Shown in pieces: positions 18,859 through 27,894 of a stretch of 64,000 nt of DNA. Location: positions 64,001-128,000 of the forward strand of contig JBJTQJ010000052.1 in assembly GCA_046075565.1 (NCBI GenBank), in the 5' to 3' direction. This DNA is from Verrucomicrobiales bacterium (GTDB lineage: Bacteria; Verrucomicrobiota; Verrucomicrobiia; Verrucomicrobiales; SLCJ01). The notes under the pieces are model-generated. The model ran no database searches, was not told the DNA's origin, and saw only the letters and a program-made list of their open reading frames with translations. The position numbers and the translations under genes are program-made. Each line of letters begins with the position of its first letter. The first letter of the stretch is position 1.

Positions 18859-19850
18859 AGATTCGCCGACCATCGCCGGGTCCGGGCACACGGTGGACAC
18901 GCCGCGCCACCCTCGGAGGACTCGTCTCGCTCTGTCTTCCTCGCTGGAGCCCGGCCGTGCCGGCCAAGGGTTTTGATCCGCGTGATGTTGAAGCCAGCCT
19001 GCGCCTGCAAATTTACCTCGACCGCCAGGGCTTCGGTCCCGGTAAAGTGGACGGCAAGCCGGGTGAGTTCACCCGCAAGGCGGTCGATTGCTACAACACG
19101 ACCATCGGTCTCGCCCCCGGCGACTACAGCGCCGTGCTCAAGGAGTCGGAAAACATGCCGATCTGGAAAAACCACCTCGTGAGCGAAACGGACTTCGCGT
19201 GGGTGGATGCCACTTTGCCAACCGATCCACCGGAACAGGCAAAGCGGAAACTTCTCCCCTACCGCAGTCATCTCGAGTTTCTCGCCGAGCGATACCATAC
19301 CGACGAACCATGGTTGAAAAAGTCGAACCCGAAAATCGACTTTGCCAACCTCAAGAGCGGCGACACCGTGCGTGTGCCCAACGTCGTGCCTTTCGCGATC
19401 GAAAGTTTGCCACGTCCTCACCAATGGGCCTCCACTCCCGCCTACGCGAAACGCACCGCGCTCGTCGATACCAATTACAAATTCGCCTGCATCTTCGAAG
19501 AGAACCGCATGATCGCGGCTTTCCCCGTCACTCCCGGCGAGGAAAAATTTATCCACCGCGGCGATTGGAAAATTGTCGTCATGCAAGCATGGCCGCAATT
19601 CCGTTGGGATAAATCCATGCTCGAAGCCGGACTACGCGGCGAGGAATTCCACATGCTCCCGCCCGGCCCCAATAGTCCCGTCGGCGTGCTCTGGGCCGGA
19701 CTCAACCGCTCCGGCATCGGACTCCACGGCACCGCCACGCCCGAAACCATCGGCCGCTCGCGCAGCGCCGGTTGCATCCGCCTCGCCAACTGGGATGCCG
19801 TGCGCCTTCCCAATTTCTTGCGCCCCGGTTGCCCAGTCGTGGTGCGATGA
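18855..19850 (+). CDS. L,D-transpeptidase family protein with peptidoglycan-binding and LysM-like domains
   Basis: LQIYLDRQGFGPGKVDG; PGPNSPVG; GLHGT; SAGCIRL; twin-Arg-like leader. Confidence 0.88.
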   Translation: MKIRRPSPGPGTRWTRRATLGGLVSLCLPRWSPAVPAKGFDPRDVEASLRLQIYLDRQGFGPGKVDGKPGEFTRKAVDCYNTTIGLAPGDYSAVLKESENMPIWKNHLVSETDFAWVDATLPTDPPEQAKRKLLPYRSHLEFLAERYHTDEPWLKKSNPKIDFANLKSGDTVRVPNVVPFAIESLPRPHQWASTPAYAKRTALVDTNYKFACIFEENRMIAAFPVTPGEEKFIHRGDWKIVVMQAWPQFRWDKSMLEAGLRGEEFHMLPPGPNSPVGVLWAGLNRSGIGLHGTATPETIGRSRSAGCIRLANWDAVRLPNFLRPGCPVVVR

Positions 19851-20030
19851 CCCGCCCCCGGTTCGAACCCGCGATGAACCATCGGACTTGAACTCCGAAA
19901 AGAGAACCACAGACTTCGCTGATACTGGGAGGGATGGATGAGGTGCTTTTCTGCCGAATGGTTTCTTATTCTTTCGACGGGCATTTGTCAACTTGAGCCC
20001 CCTCCGCTCTCCGCGTATCATTGTGCTGCC

Positions 20031-20321
20031 ATGGATTCCCCCGCACCCGATCGCGCCGCCGCCGAACTCAAGGCGATGCAGGATTCCATCTACCGGGAGA
20101 AAATCCTCCGGGCACGCCGCCAGACACCGGAGGAGCGCTTGGCCGATGTCTTCGTGCTAACCAACTCAGCGTTCGCCCGCATGCATGCGGGAGCGATGTG
20201 GCAGGCGGGAACAACGGACGAGCAGGAAGGATGGCGGATCGTGCGACAGAGGCTCGCCCGTTTGAGCAAAGTCCATGACGCCGGGCGCTTTGTCAGCCAC
20301 CCCCCATCCCCCCGCGCATGA
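20031..20321 (+). CDS. Small helical protein, candidate antitoxin
   Basis: 96 aa; DSIYREKILRARRQTPEERL; ATGA overlap with the nucleotidyltransferase gene. Confidence 0.65.
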   Translation: MDSPAPDRAAAELKAMQDSIYREKILRARRQTPEERLADVFVLTNSAFARMHAGAMWQAGTTDEQEGWRIVRQRLARLSKVHDAGRFVSHPPSPRA

Positions 20322-20884
20322 CCATCGAGCAACTTGCATGTGCTGTTCTGGATGCCTGTGAGGCCGAGGGGGTCGATCACATGCTCACCGGCGCCTTCGC
20401 GCACGGGCTCTATGGTATCCCACGTTCGACAAAGGATGTGGACGTCGTGCTCAGTATCACTGCCGACGACTCGATCACGAAAGTGGTCAAGCGGCTCGAT
20501 GGCATCGTCCTATTCGAACCCCAGGTCCAGTTTGACACCCTCATGTGGGGCAGGCGCCTTGTAGGAGAGTCCATTGGCACACCTCCCTTCCAAGTCGAAC
20601 TTTTCGAGTTATTCGACGATCCTTTTGTCCTTTCCCAGTTCAAGCGGAGGCGGCGAATGGTCTCCGCCCAGATCCAGCGCGAGACGTGGCTGCCCACGCC
20701 CGAGGACGTCATCGTGCAAAAGCTCCGCTGGGGCCGGAACAAGGACCTCGATGACGCCCGCGACGTGCTCGCCGTGCAGGGACCGGAAACTCTCGATATA
20801 ACCTACATCGAGCACTGGTGCAGCCAGCACGGCACCGTCGCCCGACTCCAGGAAGCTCTCGCCGGCATCCCGCCGCTCGATTGA
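20318..20884 (+). CDS. Nucleotidyltransferase (Pol-beta superfamily, DUF6036/AbiEii-like)
   Basis: GAFAHGLYGIPRSTKDVD; EDVIVQKLRWGRNKDLDD. Confidence 0.8.
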   Translation: MTIEQLACAVLDACEAEGVDHMLTGAFAHGLYGIPRSTKDVDVVLSITADDSITKVVKRLDGIVLFEPQVQFDTLMWGRRLVGESIGTPPFQVELFELFDDPFVLSQFKRRRRMVSAQIQRETWLPTPEDVIVQKLRWGRNKDLDDARDVLAVQGPETLDITYIEHWCSQHGTVARLQEALAGIPPLD

Positions 20885-21272
20885 CTTTTCCATCGGGGCA
20901 GCGTGGGAAATCCTCGCCGTTTTCGGTGGACATCTCACCCTATTCTTGGTAAATCGCACATGAGATGGTCTTACCCGAAGAACCGCTGTCTCCCGATGTC
21001 GGGCTGGCTCGTCCGTTCCCGATTCCGCAAGGACTGAAAGCCGGGCATCTCACCGGTCACCATTTTCGGCCATTCTCCGCGCCATTGCGATCACGACAGG
21101 ATTGTCGTGGCTCCAAACCTGAACAGCGACACGCGGATGTTCGGAGCAACCAAAATCCTGTGGTTGCCGAAAAAGCCAAGAGCAAGAGAAGCCTCGCTCA
21201 TGTCCCCTGTCGCCCTCCACATGACTCTCCGGGAAGTTTGACGCCGCATGGGGCCTCGCTCATGATTTTGGT

Positions 21273-21757
21273 ATAAATGTCATCACTGCAATGGTGCGCT
21301 CGATGTGGGACTTTCTTTCTGCCCCTATTGCGGGGTGCGCGCCGATGTTGATTTGCGGCAGGTGCATTTCCGAGATCTCGGACCGACAGAAGGGCAGAAA
21401 TGTCCCTCGTGCAGCGGCAAACTCGGAGGCATCGAGTTTCCCGGCAAGACGCCGATCGTGATCGAGCGTTGTCTTTCCTGCCATGGCATGTTTTTCAATC
21501 CGGGGGAGCTGGAAGCCGGAGGACTGCGGCGGCTCATGGAGTGGTGGCGCGTGGGTGGAAAGCTCGTTTACGAGCAACACCAACACGAAAAAGCCCGGAT
21601 TCTTTATGGCAAATCGGAGACCCCGACCTTCCACAAATCGGTCGAACCGGCGTCCTCCTGGCTGCCAAAAGAATCGAAGACGCCCGAGTATCCGATATAC
21701 TCCGGCTGGGAGGATATCGTGGTCTGTCTACTGGAAGGGTGGCTTTCGAATGGCTGA
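21273..21757 (+). pseudogene. zf-TFIIB zinc-ribbon protein with damaged start
   Basis: KCHHCNG..FCPYCG, CPSC, IERCLSCHGMFFNPGELE; the expected ATG AAA TGT reads AT AAA TGT. Confidence 0.6.
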
Positions 21758-21854
21758 GTCGGGACAGAAAAAGGATGGAGGTGTCCGAAAATGGGAAATT
21801 TTGCTGGAAGAAGCCACGTTGTCCTGCTAGATGATGAATAAGGAGGTAAGAATT

Positions 21855-22745
21855 ATGAGATTCCAACAAATTGTCGTAGGGGTAGATTTTTCGCCGAACA
21901 GTCGCCAGGCGCTCAGGGAAGCGGCGCGTGTGCGCCGGGACAGCCACACCGGAGTGGTGGCCGTGCACATCATCGAAAAATCGCTGGTCGAGGACCTGAA
22001 AAAGCACGCCAAGATGACTGAAGAAGTGATTCAGCAGCAGGCTGAGAAACGTCTTTCGTATTGGCTGGCGGAATTCCTGGGTTCCGACCACGGTGTGGCA
22101 AGCGAGGCCGTGATTGCCCATCCCTTCGAGGGAATCATACACGCGGTGGAACGCCACCAAGCCGATCTGCTCGTGCTCGGATCACGCGGCATGGAGGCGG
22201 ACGGCGGTCACCCGGGAGCGGTGGCGAGCAAATGCATCCGCAAGACGCCCGTCGATGTGTTGCTCGTCCGGCGAGCCCAGGATGGGCCATTCCAACGTGT
22301 GGTCGCGTGCCTCGAATTCACGGAGACCTCGGCGCGGGCTTTGGAATGCGCGATTGCCGTCGCAACGGCGGACGGTGCGGTGTGCGAGGCGCTGCATGTG
22401 CATGTTCCTCTCGTGCTCGGCGATATCGCCCTCGATCCATTTCCACCATCCGAGTCCGTGCAACTGCACGACAACCGGGACCAGGCCGCGCGTGCTGAAT
22501 TTGAAGCGTTCGTGGCCAAGTATGGGAAAAGCGAAGATGGCGTCGTGGTCATGCCGAATTTCCAGACCGCCGCCAGTCCGACCGATGGCATCATCGACCA
22601 CTTGCGCCAAAGCAAAGCAGACCTGGCCGTGCTCGGCACACGCGGACGTTCCGGCTTGCGAGCCTTCCTGCTCGGCACCACCGCCGAACGGCTCGTGCAC
22701 GATGCCCCATGCTCCTTGCTCGTGGTCAAAGAGCACAAGGCCTGA
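21855..22745 (+). CDS. Universal stress protein with tandem UspA domains
   Basis: IVVGVDFS, DLLVLGSRG, DLAVLGTRGRSG..LLGTTAE; AGGAGG RBS at 21841. Confidence 0.93.
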   Translation: MRFQQIVVGVDFSPNSRQALREAARVRRDSHTGVVAVHIIEKSLVEDLKKHAKMTEEVIQQQAEKRLSYWLAEFLGSDHGVASEAVIAHPFEGIIHAVERHQADLLVLGSRGMEADGGHPGAVASKCIRKTPVDVLLVRRAQDGPFQRVVACLEFTETSARALECAIAVATADGAVCEALHVHVPLVLGDIALDPFPPSESVQLHDNRDQAARAEFEAFVAKYGKSEDGVVVMPNFQTAASPTDGIIDHLRQSKADLAVLGTRGRSGLRAFLLGTTAERLVHDAPCSLLVVKEHKA

Positions 22746-22770
22746 GACCCTAGCATCGGAGGGGTTCCCA

Positions 22771-22807
22771 ATCCCGACGGGATTGTGTCCCGGAGCCCGG
22801 GGTTGCC
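22771..22807 (+). repeat. GGGTTGCC/GGCTACCC-type repeat, partial copy
   Basis: Matches reverse complement of 25389..25447; also matches 3642..3664. Confidence 0.7.
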
Positions 22808-22884
22808 ACGTGCATCGGACAATTTTGCTATTCAAATGCCCATAGGTTACAGGGACTGAAATGCTCAACTTGGCGCGTAGGCCC

Positions 22885-22976
22885 GTAGCGGCACCGCTTC
22901 CGGTGCCGGGCGAAGGACGCTCCACCTCCTCTGAGCCGCGAGGTCCCCACCTCGGAACGCGAAGGCGTTCCGCTAC
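22885..22976. repeat. Inverted GTAG REP pair (REPIN-like)
   Basis: GTAG-CGGCACCG-CTTC-CGGTGCCG and reverse-strand GTAG-CGGAACGC-CTTC-GCGTTCCG. Confidence 0.8.
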
Positions 22977-23137
22977 TGGGAGAAATTCTTAACTGGACGC
23001 GTATGCCCGGTTGGATTCAATCCTTGACTGTCTCTGCTCCATCGAATGCACCAACGGCAGATTCAGAGCAAGACGCTATAACTCCACTCGATTTCCCGAT
23101 GATCGTTGTTCCTTGGGATCTGTTAGTCGGGCCGCGG

Positions 23138-23527
23138 TCAGCGGCGCACCAGGCCGAGGAAAGCCCGGCGTTCCGTCCAGAGCAGGAAGAGAGAGGAGGC
23201 CGCGAGAAAGAGCATGATCGGACCGAATAACCCCTCTCCCTTGAGCAGGAATGCGTGGAAAGCGGCGATGTTCAAGATGATCGGCCCGAGCACGAGCAGG
23301 CCGAGATTCCTGGTCAGGGGAATGACGACGAGCAATCCTCCGATCACCTCCAACACTTTCACGAACCCAAGGTATCCGGTCGGGAACAACGCGCCCATGA
23401 AAAGGGCGGGAGGTGAGCCCTCCGGCGGAGGCGGAGGCATGGGCATGAATTGCAGGAAGTAATTGAGTCCGAAGACAATGAAGAGGAGGCCGAGAAGGCC
23501 GGCGATAACGTGGGCTGCGATTTTCAT
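23138..23527 (-). CDS. DoxX family membrane protein
   Basis: LLGLLFIVFGLNYF, VKVLEVIGG, LGPIILNIAAFH. Confidence 0.8.
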   Translation of the reverse strand: MKIAAHVIAGLLGLLFIVFGLNYFLQFMPMPPPPPEGSPPALFMGALFPTGYLGFVKVLEVIGGLLVVIPLTRNLGLLVLGPIILNIAAFHAFLLKGEGLFGPIMLFLAASSLFLLWTERRAFLGLVRR

Positions 23528-23581
23528 ATTGAATGGATGGGGGGCAGATGTGGAATGTGGACTTGGGGTCGATAGGGCGGT

Positions 23582-24298
23582 TCAGGCGAGATCAAAAAGC
23601 AAGCCTTCGGAACCAGCTTCACCGGTGATCTCCAGTTCGCCCGCTTCCTCGGTGCTTACGGCATCACCTTCACGGAGCGGCACGCCATTGACGGTGAATT
23701 GTCCGCGGGCGGCATGGAGCCAAATCCCGCGTCCGGGTTTCACCTCATGGGTTACCGACTCTCCGACGCGTGGACGAAGCAGGAAAACCTCGGCATCCTG
23801 GAAGATGACGGCGGAGCTATCGCGGCCGTCCGGAGAGATGACCAGGGTTTTGGCGGCGGCCGGACCGGAGGCGGGTTTCCATTCGGTGTAGCGGGGTTCG
23901 AGTCCGCGGGTGTGCGGCTCGATCCAGATTTGCAGGAAATGGGCCGAATCGGTCGGAGACGGGTTGTATTCGCTATGGCGCACGCCGCGCCCCGCACCCA
24001 TGAGCTGGATTTCTCCGGGCCCGAGGATGCGCCCATTGCCCATGCTGTCCTGGTGCTGCAGTTTGCCCTCGAGCACATAGGAAAAGATTTCCATGTCGCG
24101 GTGAGGGTGGGTGGGAAAACCCCCTCCGGGCGCGACGCGGTCATCATTGATCACACGCAGGGAACGGAAACCCGTGTGGCGGGGATCAAAATAGTCGGCG
24201 AAGGAGAAGGTATGATGGCTGTTTAACCATCCGTGATTGGCATGACCGCGGTCATTGGCCAGACGAACGGTGAGTCGGGGAGTCGAGTTGGTTTTCAT
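23582..24298 (-). CDS. Pirin family protein (YhhW-like)
   Basis: HGWLNSHHTFSFADY, FPTHPHRDMEI, HSEYN, FLQIWI. Confidence 0.93.
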   Translation of the reverse strand: MKTNSTPRLTVRLANDRGHANHGWLNSHHTFSFADYFDPRHTGFRSLRVINDDRVAPGGGFPTHPHRDMEIFSYVLEGKLQHQDSMGNGRILGPGEIQLMGAGRGVRHSEYNPSPTDSAHFLQIWIEPHTRGLEPRYTEWKPASGPAAAKTLVISPDGRDSSAVIFQDAEVFLLRPRVGESVTHEVKPGRGIWLHAARGQFTVNGVPLREGDAVSTEEAGELEITGEAGSEGLLFDLA

Positions 24299-24440
24299 AA
24301 CGAGTTGAGTATTTCATCGAGCCGGCTTTTCCGCCAATGCCGATTCGTTGGGCTGGGTCAACCCGCCAGGCATAGCAAACTTTGGGGGAGGAAAGAGATT
24401 TTCCATCGGCCCGGATGGCGTTATCATGCGCTTCACAGGC

Positions 24441-24671
24441 ATGTTCGAACTGCGTCATCTCAAATACTTCGTGGCCGTGGCCGAAGAAGGCAGCATCAAC
24501 CGCGCCGCCGCCCGGTTGCGTCTAACCCAACCGGCGCTGAGCCGTCAGATCCGTGCCTTGGAAGATGAAGTGGGCGAATGCCTGCTTTCCCGCACGGGAA
24601 ACTCCATCCGTCTCACCGAAGCCGGCCAACTCTTGCTCGGGGAAGCCCGGGGCGTGCTCGAACGGGCCGAA
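24441..24671 (+). pseudogene. LysR regulator truncated after the HTH and linker
   Basis: ELRHLKYFVAVAEEGSINRAAARLRLTQPALSRQIRALE; similarity ends at the repeat cluster; no effector domain. Confidence 0.85.
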
Positions 24672-24683
24672 TCCGCCCCAAAG

Positions 24684-25447
24684 CCCGGGGTTGCCCCGTG
24701 CGCGGGGCTACCCCGGGAAAACCATCCCCTGCAGAAAACAACCCTCATCGGGAAGTCGTTTGTTTTTGCTCTGCGGCGACGTGTTTCACCAGACCAAATT
24801 CCCATTAGCATTGTTCCGGTATCTACCGGTATGGACGCTGCCTGTGAGCATTCCTCGGAGTCGTAAGAAGACCGTTGAGGCCTTCGAAGCCCTGGCGAAG
24901 TAGGCCCGGTCTTGCCCTGGGATCTGTCGCCGGAAGGTCCAGAACGACATCAAGATATCGACCTTGCGGAAGCTTTCGGCGAAATGACTTCGGATTGACG
25001 ATTGGTTGAAAAGCGTTCGACATCCGTCCCCAAAGCGGTGTCATCCCCGACAGGTCGGGGTTGCCACCGCACTCCAACACACTCGCTTGGGCAGTCGCTG
25101 TGTTGGACTGCGCCGGCTGTGACAACGCTTTCGGTTGTGGAGCACGGCGACTCGTGCGGCACCCCGCACGAAATGGCCTCACTCACTTGTAGGGCCCCGA
25201 CGGCGTCGGGGCTACGCTTGACATGGAACCTCATTGGGAAATTGATTGTTTTTGCCCTGCGGCGGCGTGTTTCACCAGACCAACTTCCCAGTAGCATTGT
25301 TCCGGTATCTACCGGTTATGGAGGCTGCAAGGGTTGCGTCCAAAGGGGGCACAACCCTTACAGGGTTGCTGATCTTTGGTTTGGACCTCCCTGGGTAGCC
25401 CCGCAAGCGGGGCAACCCAGGGCTCTGGGACACAATCCCTTCGGGAT
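24684..25447. repeat. Composite repeat cluster: inverted terminal palindromes, two ~100 bp direct repeats, internal REPs
   Basis: 24684..24717 inverted versus 25389..25422; 24743..24841 versus 25229..25328; REPs at 25030..25076 and 25189..25215. Confidence 0.8.
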
Positions 25448-25573
25448 AGGGAAGAACCCAGAGGATTAGGAAAAAGAGCAGTTCATCTTGTGGGTGAGAG
25501 AATACCCACACACAAGCCTCTGGGTTTCAATTTCTTCTTCGTGTTACTTCGTGTCCATTCGTGGTTTCTTTCT

Positions 25574-26767
25574 TTATTTCGCCGACGGAAGAATATCCCC
25601 TACGACCAACAGAGGACCCACATAGTAAGTCATGTTTTCCGGCAGTTTCGTGATCTCGAATCGCACGGTGTGCTCACCTGGCTTCATCTCGGGCAAGAAA
25701 AAGAATCTGCCCATCCTCTGCTCGGCACGATAAGTCTCCTTCCGCGAAATCACCACCGGCCCCTTGCCATCAATGAAGGCGGAAACCCTTGTCTCCTCGG
25801 GTCCCGGTAGATCGATGAAGCCCGCTGTCGTCCCTTTGAATCGTATCGTCAACGTCGCGCCTTGAGCGGAGGTCTTAACCGCCGCAGGGAACATCGACGA
25901 GGATCGATCTTGCCCGCGCGCGATGATGGGATCCTTGGCCACATCCACCGGCGACCAGTTTCCACCGAGGGAAGCCGCTTTGATAGGCACCAACTTCGCT
26001 TTGTTCCACGAACCAGCGTCCAACGGCGCGGGCAGACGATGCGCACCTGCGGTGCCGACCTTTTTCATGGCGGCAAACGACCTTACGATGACATCTCGAT
26101 AGATATCATGACCTATCTCGCCGGGATGTGTGCCATCTTCGGCGAAGATCCTCTTGCCCTCCTCCTTCTTCCCTTTGAAGACCAGCGACCGATCTTTCAC
26201 CTGACGCGTGACTTCGAGCCCGAAGTCAATGGTCGGAATCCCGTAATGGTTTGCCACGCCTTCCATGATCGAGCCGAAGGCAACATTCCTGCCCGAGGAA
26301 AGCGCCGACACCATGCGTTCGCTGATCGTGTAAACGAAGCAGATATCGGTCGTCGGATCGTTGGTCCAAATCTGCCGGACAATTCCCTCCATCGACTTGA
26401 GATCCCCGCCATTGACCCGGAACTCGACAAATACCAGGTCGGGCTTGTGCTGGAGCACATGACCGCCGAGACGGCAGGCCCCATAAGTGGAACCGGTTCC
26501 GGAAACGGCGGCGTTGATTTCAATAACATTCGTCTTTGCATTCGCCGCCTTGAAATGGGCGAGGGTCTTGACTCGCCATCCCTCGGCCTTGGTTATGCTC
26601 CCCCCGAGATAAGCAATGCGCACATCGCCGCCCCGATCCAGCTTGGCGAAGAAATTGGGCAATCCATCCCTCGCCCGAAGCTCTTCCGCGAGCTTAACAT
26701 CGAAGTCAGTTGCCGCCCGCAGAAATCCGGGAATCAGCGCAATGCAAAACAATATCAGATTTCTCAT
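25574..26767 (-). CDS. SGNH/GDSL hydrolase family secreted protein
   Basis: YLGGSIT, NAAVSGTGS, VEFRVN, DGTHP; signal peptide. Confidence 0.88.
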   Translation of the reverse strand: MRNLILFCIALIPGFLRAATDFDVKLAEELRARDGLPNFFAKLDRGGDVRIAYLGGSITKAEGWRVKTLAHFKAANAKTNVIEINAAVSGTGSTYGACRLGGHVLQHKPDLVFVEFRVNGGDLKSMEGIVRQIWTNDPTTDICFVYTISERMVSALSSGRNVAFGSIMEGVANHYGIPTIDFGLEVTRQVKDRSLVFKGKKEEGKRIFAEDGTHPGEIGHDIYRDVIVRSFAAMKKVGTAGAHRLPAPLDAGSWNKAKLVPIKAASLGGNWSPVDVAKDPIIARGQDRSSSMFPAAVKTSAQGATLTIRFKGTTAGFIDLPGPEETRVSAFIDGKGPVVISRKETYRAEQRMGRFFFLPEMKPGEHTVRFEITKLPENMTYYVGPLLVVGDILPSAK

Positions 26768-26875
26768 GGTGCTCTCCTTGGTCGCAGGAAATGGGTTCCT
26801 CATCATGCCTGATTCTCTCGCCATCGCAACATCGGATGTGCGCCACCAGTTCCAGGTGGGCGGGTGAAACCAACT

Positions 26876-27886
26876 TCAGATCCCTGGCATGAGTTTCACG
26901 CGATCCCAGTCGGAGGGTTCGAGGCAGCAAGGGTCGCGGCGGACGAAGTGGCCGGGTTCGATTTCCACGAGAGGCATGTCGAGGCCGACGGTTTCCTGGT
27001 AACGCGGGTGAGCGATGCGGTGGCCAAAGGCGCTGCCGGCCGGCGGATCGATAGGCGAGGGCACATCTCCTTCGAGCAGGACCCGCTGGGGCTGTCTTTC
27101 CGGATCCGGCACGGGAATCGCGGAGAGCAGGGCCTTGGTGTAGGCGTGGCGTGGACCATGGTAGATGGTTTCCGCGTCGGCCAGTTCGACGATCTGGCCG
27201 AGATACATGACGGCAACGCGGTCGGACACGTGTTTCACGACGGCGAGGTCATGGGCGATGAAGAGATAGGCCATGCCCATCTCACGCTGGAGGTCGAGCA
27301 TGAGATTCAGCACCTGACTCTGGATGGAAACATCAAGCGCGGATACCGGTTCATCGGCGATGATGAGGCGTGGCTTGAGCGCGATGGCGCGGGCGATGCC
27401 GATGCGTTGGCGTTGGCCGCCCGAGAACTCGAAGGGGAAACGGTCGGCGGCTCCTGATGGTAAACCCACTTTTTCGAGCAATTCTTGCACCCACATTCTC
27501 CGCTCCGCGCGTGTGCCGAGATTCTGGATCTCGAACGGTTCGGAAAGAATGTCTCCGATGGAGAAGCGCGGGTTGAGGCTCTCCGCGGGATCCTGGAAGA
27601 TCATCTGGATGTCACGGCGCAGAGGACGGAGCGCGCGGCTGGAGAGCAAATTCAGATCGATTCCGTCGAAGCGAACATCGCCGGATGTGGCCCGATGCAA
27701 ACGCACGATGGCTTTTCCGAGCGTGGACTTGCCGCATCCGCTCTCGCCGACCAGCCCGAGGGTTTCGCCGGTCTCAAGGCGCAGGCTCACATCCCGCACG
27801 GCCTTACACCATTTGCGGGTGCGCATGAGGACCCCGCCCTTGACCGGGAAGTTCACGGAAAGATGTTTTACATCGAGCAGGGGCAT
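26876..27886 (-). CDS. Peptide ABC transporter ATP-binding protein (OppF-like)
   Basis: GESGCGKS, FSGGQRQR, ADEPVSALD. Confidence 0.93.
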   Translation of the reverse strand: MPLLDVKHLSVNFPVKGGVLMRTRKWCKAVRDVSLRLETGETLGLVGESGCGKSTLGKAIVRLHRATSGDVRFDGIDLNLLSSRALRPLRRDIQMIFQDPAESLNPRFSIGDILSEPFEIQNLGTRAERRMWVQELLEKVGLPSGAADRFPFEFSGGQRQRIGIARAIALKPRLIIADEPVSALDVSIQSQVLNLMLDLQREMGMAYLFIAHDLAVVKHVSDRVAVMYLGQIVELADAETIYHGPRHAYTKALLSAIPVPDPERQPQRVLLEGDVPSPIDPPAGSAFGHRIAHPRYQETVGLDMPLVEIEPGHFVRRDPCCLEPSDWDRVKLMPGI

Positions 27887-27894
27887 GAGGTCTG

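Noticed and set aside
20900-21260. Short ORFs between the NTase and zinc-ribbon genes
   Set aside because: No motifs or convincing coding signal
24684-25447. Possible CRISPR array
   Set aside because: Repeats are heterogeneous, irregularly spaced and only two per type; no cas genes
25536-25566. TTCGTG-type short tandem motif
   Set aside because: Only three degenerate units; too little to call an element
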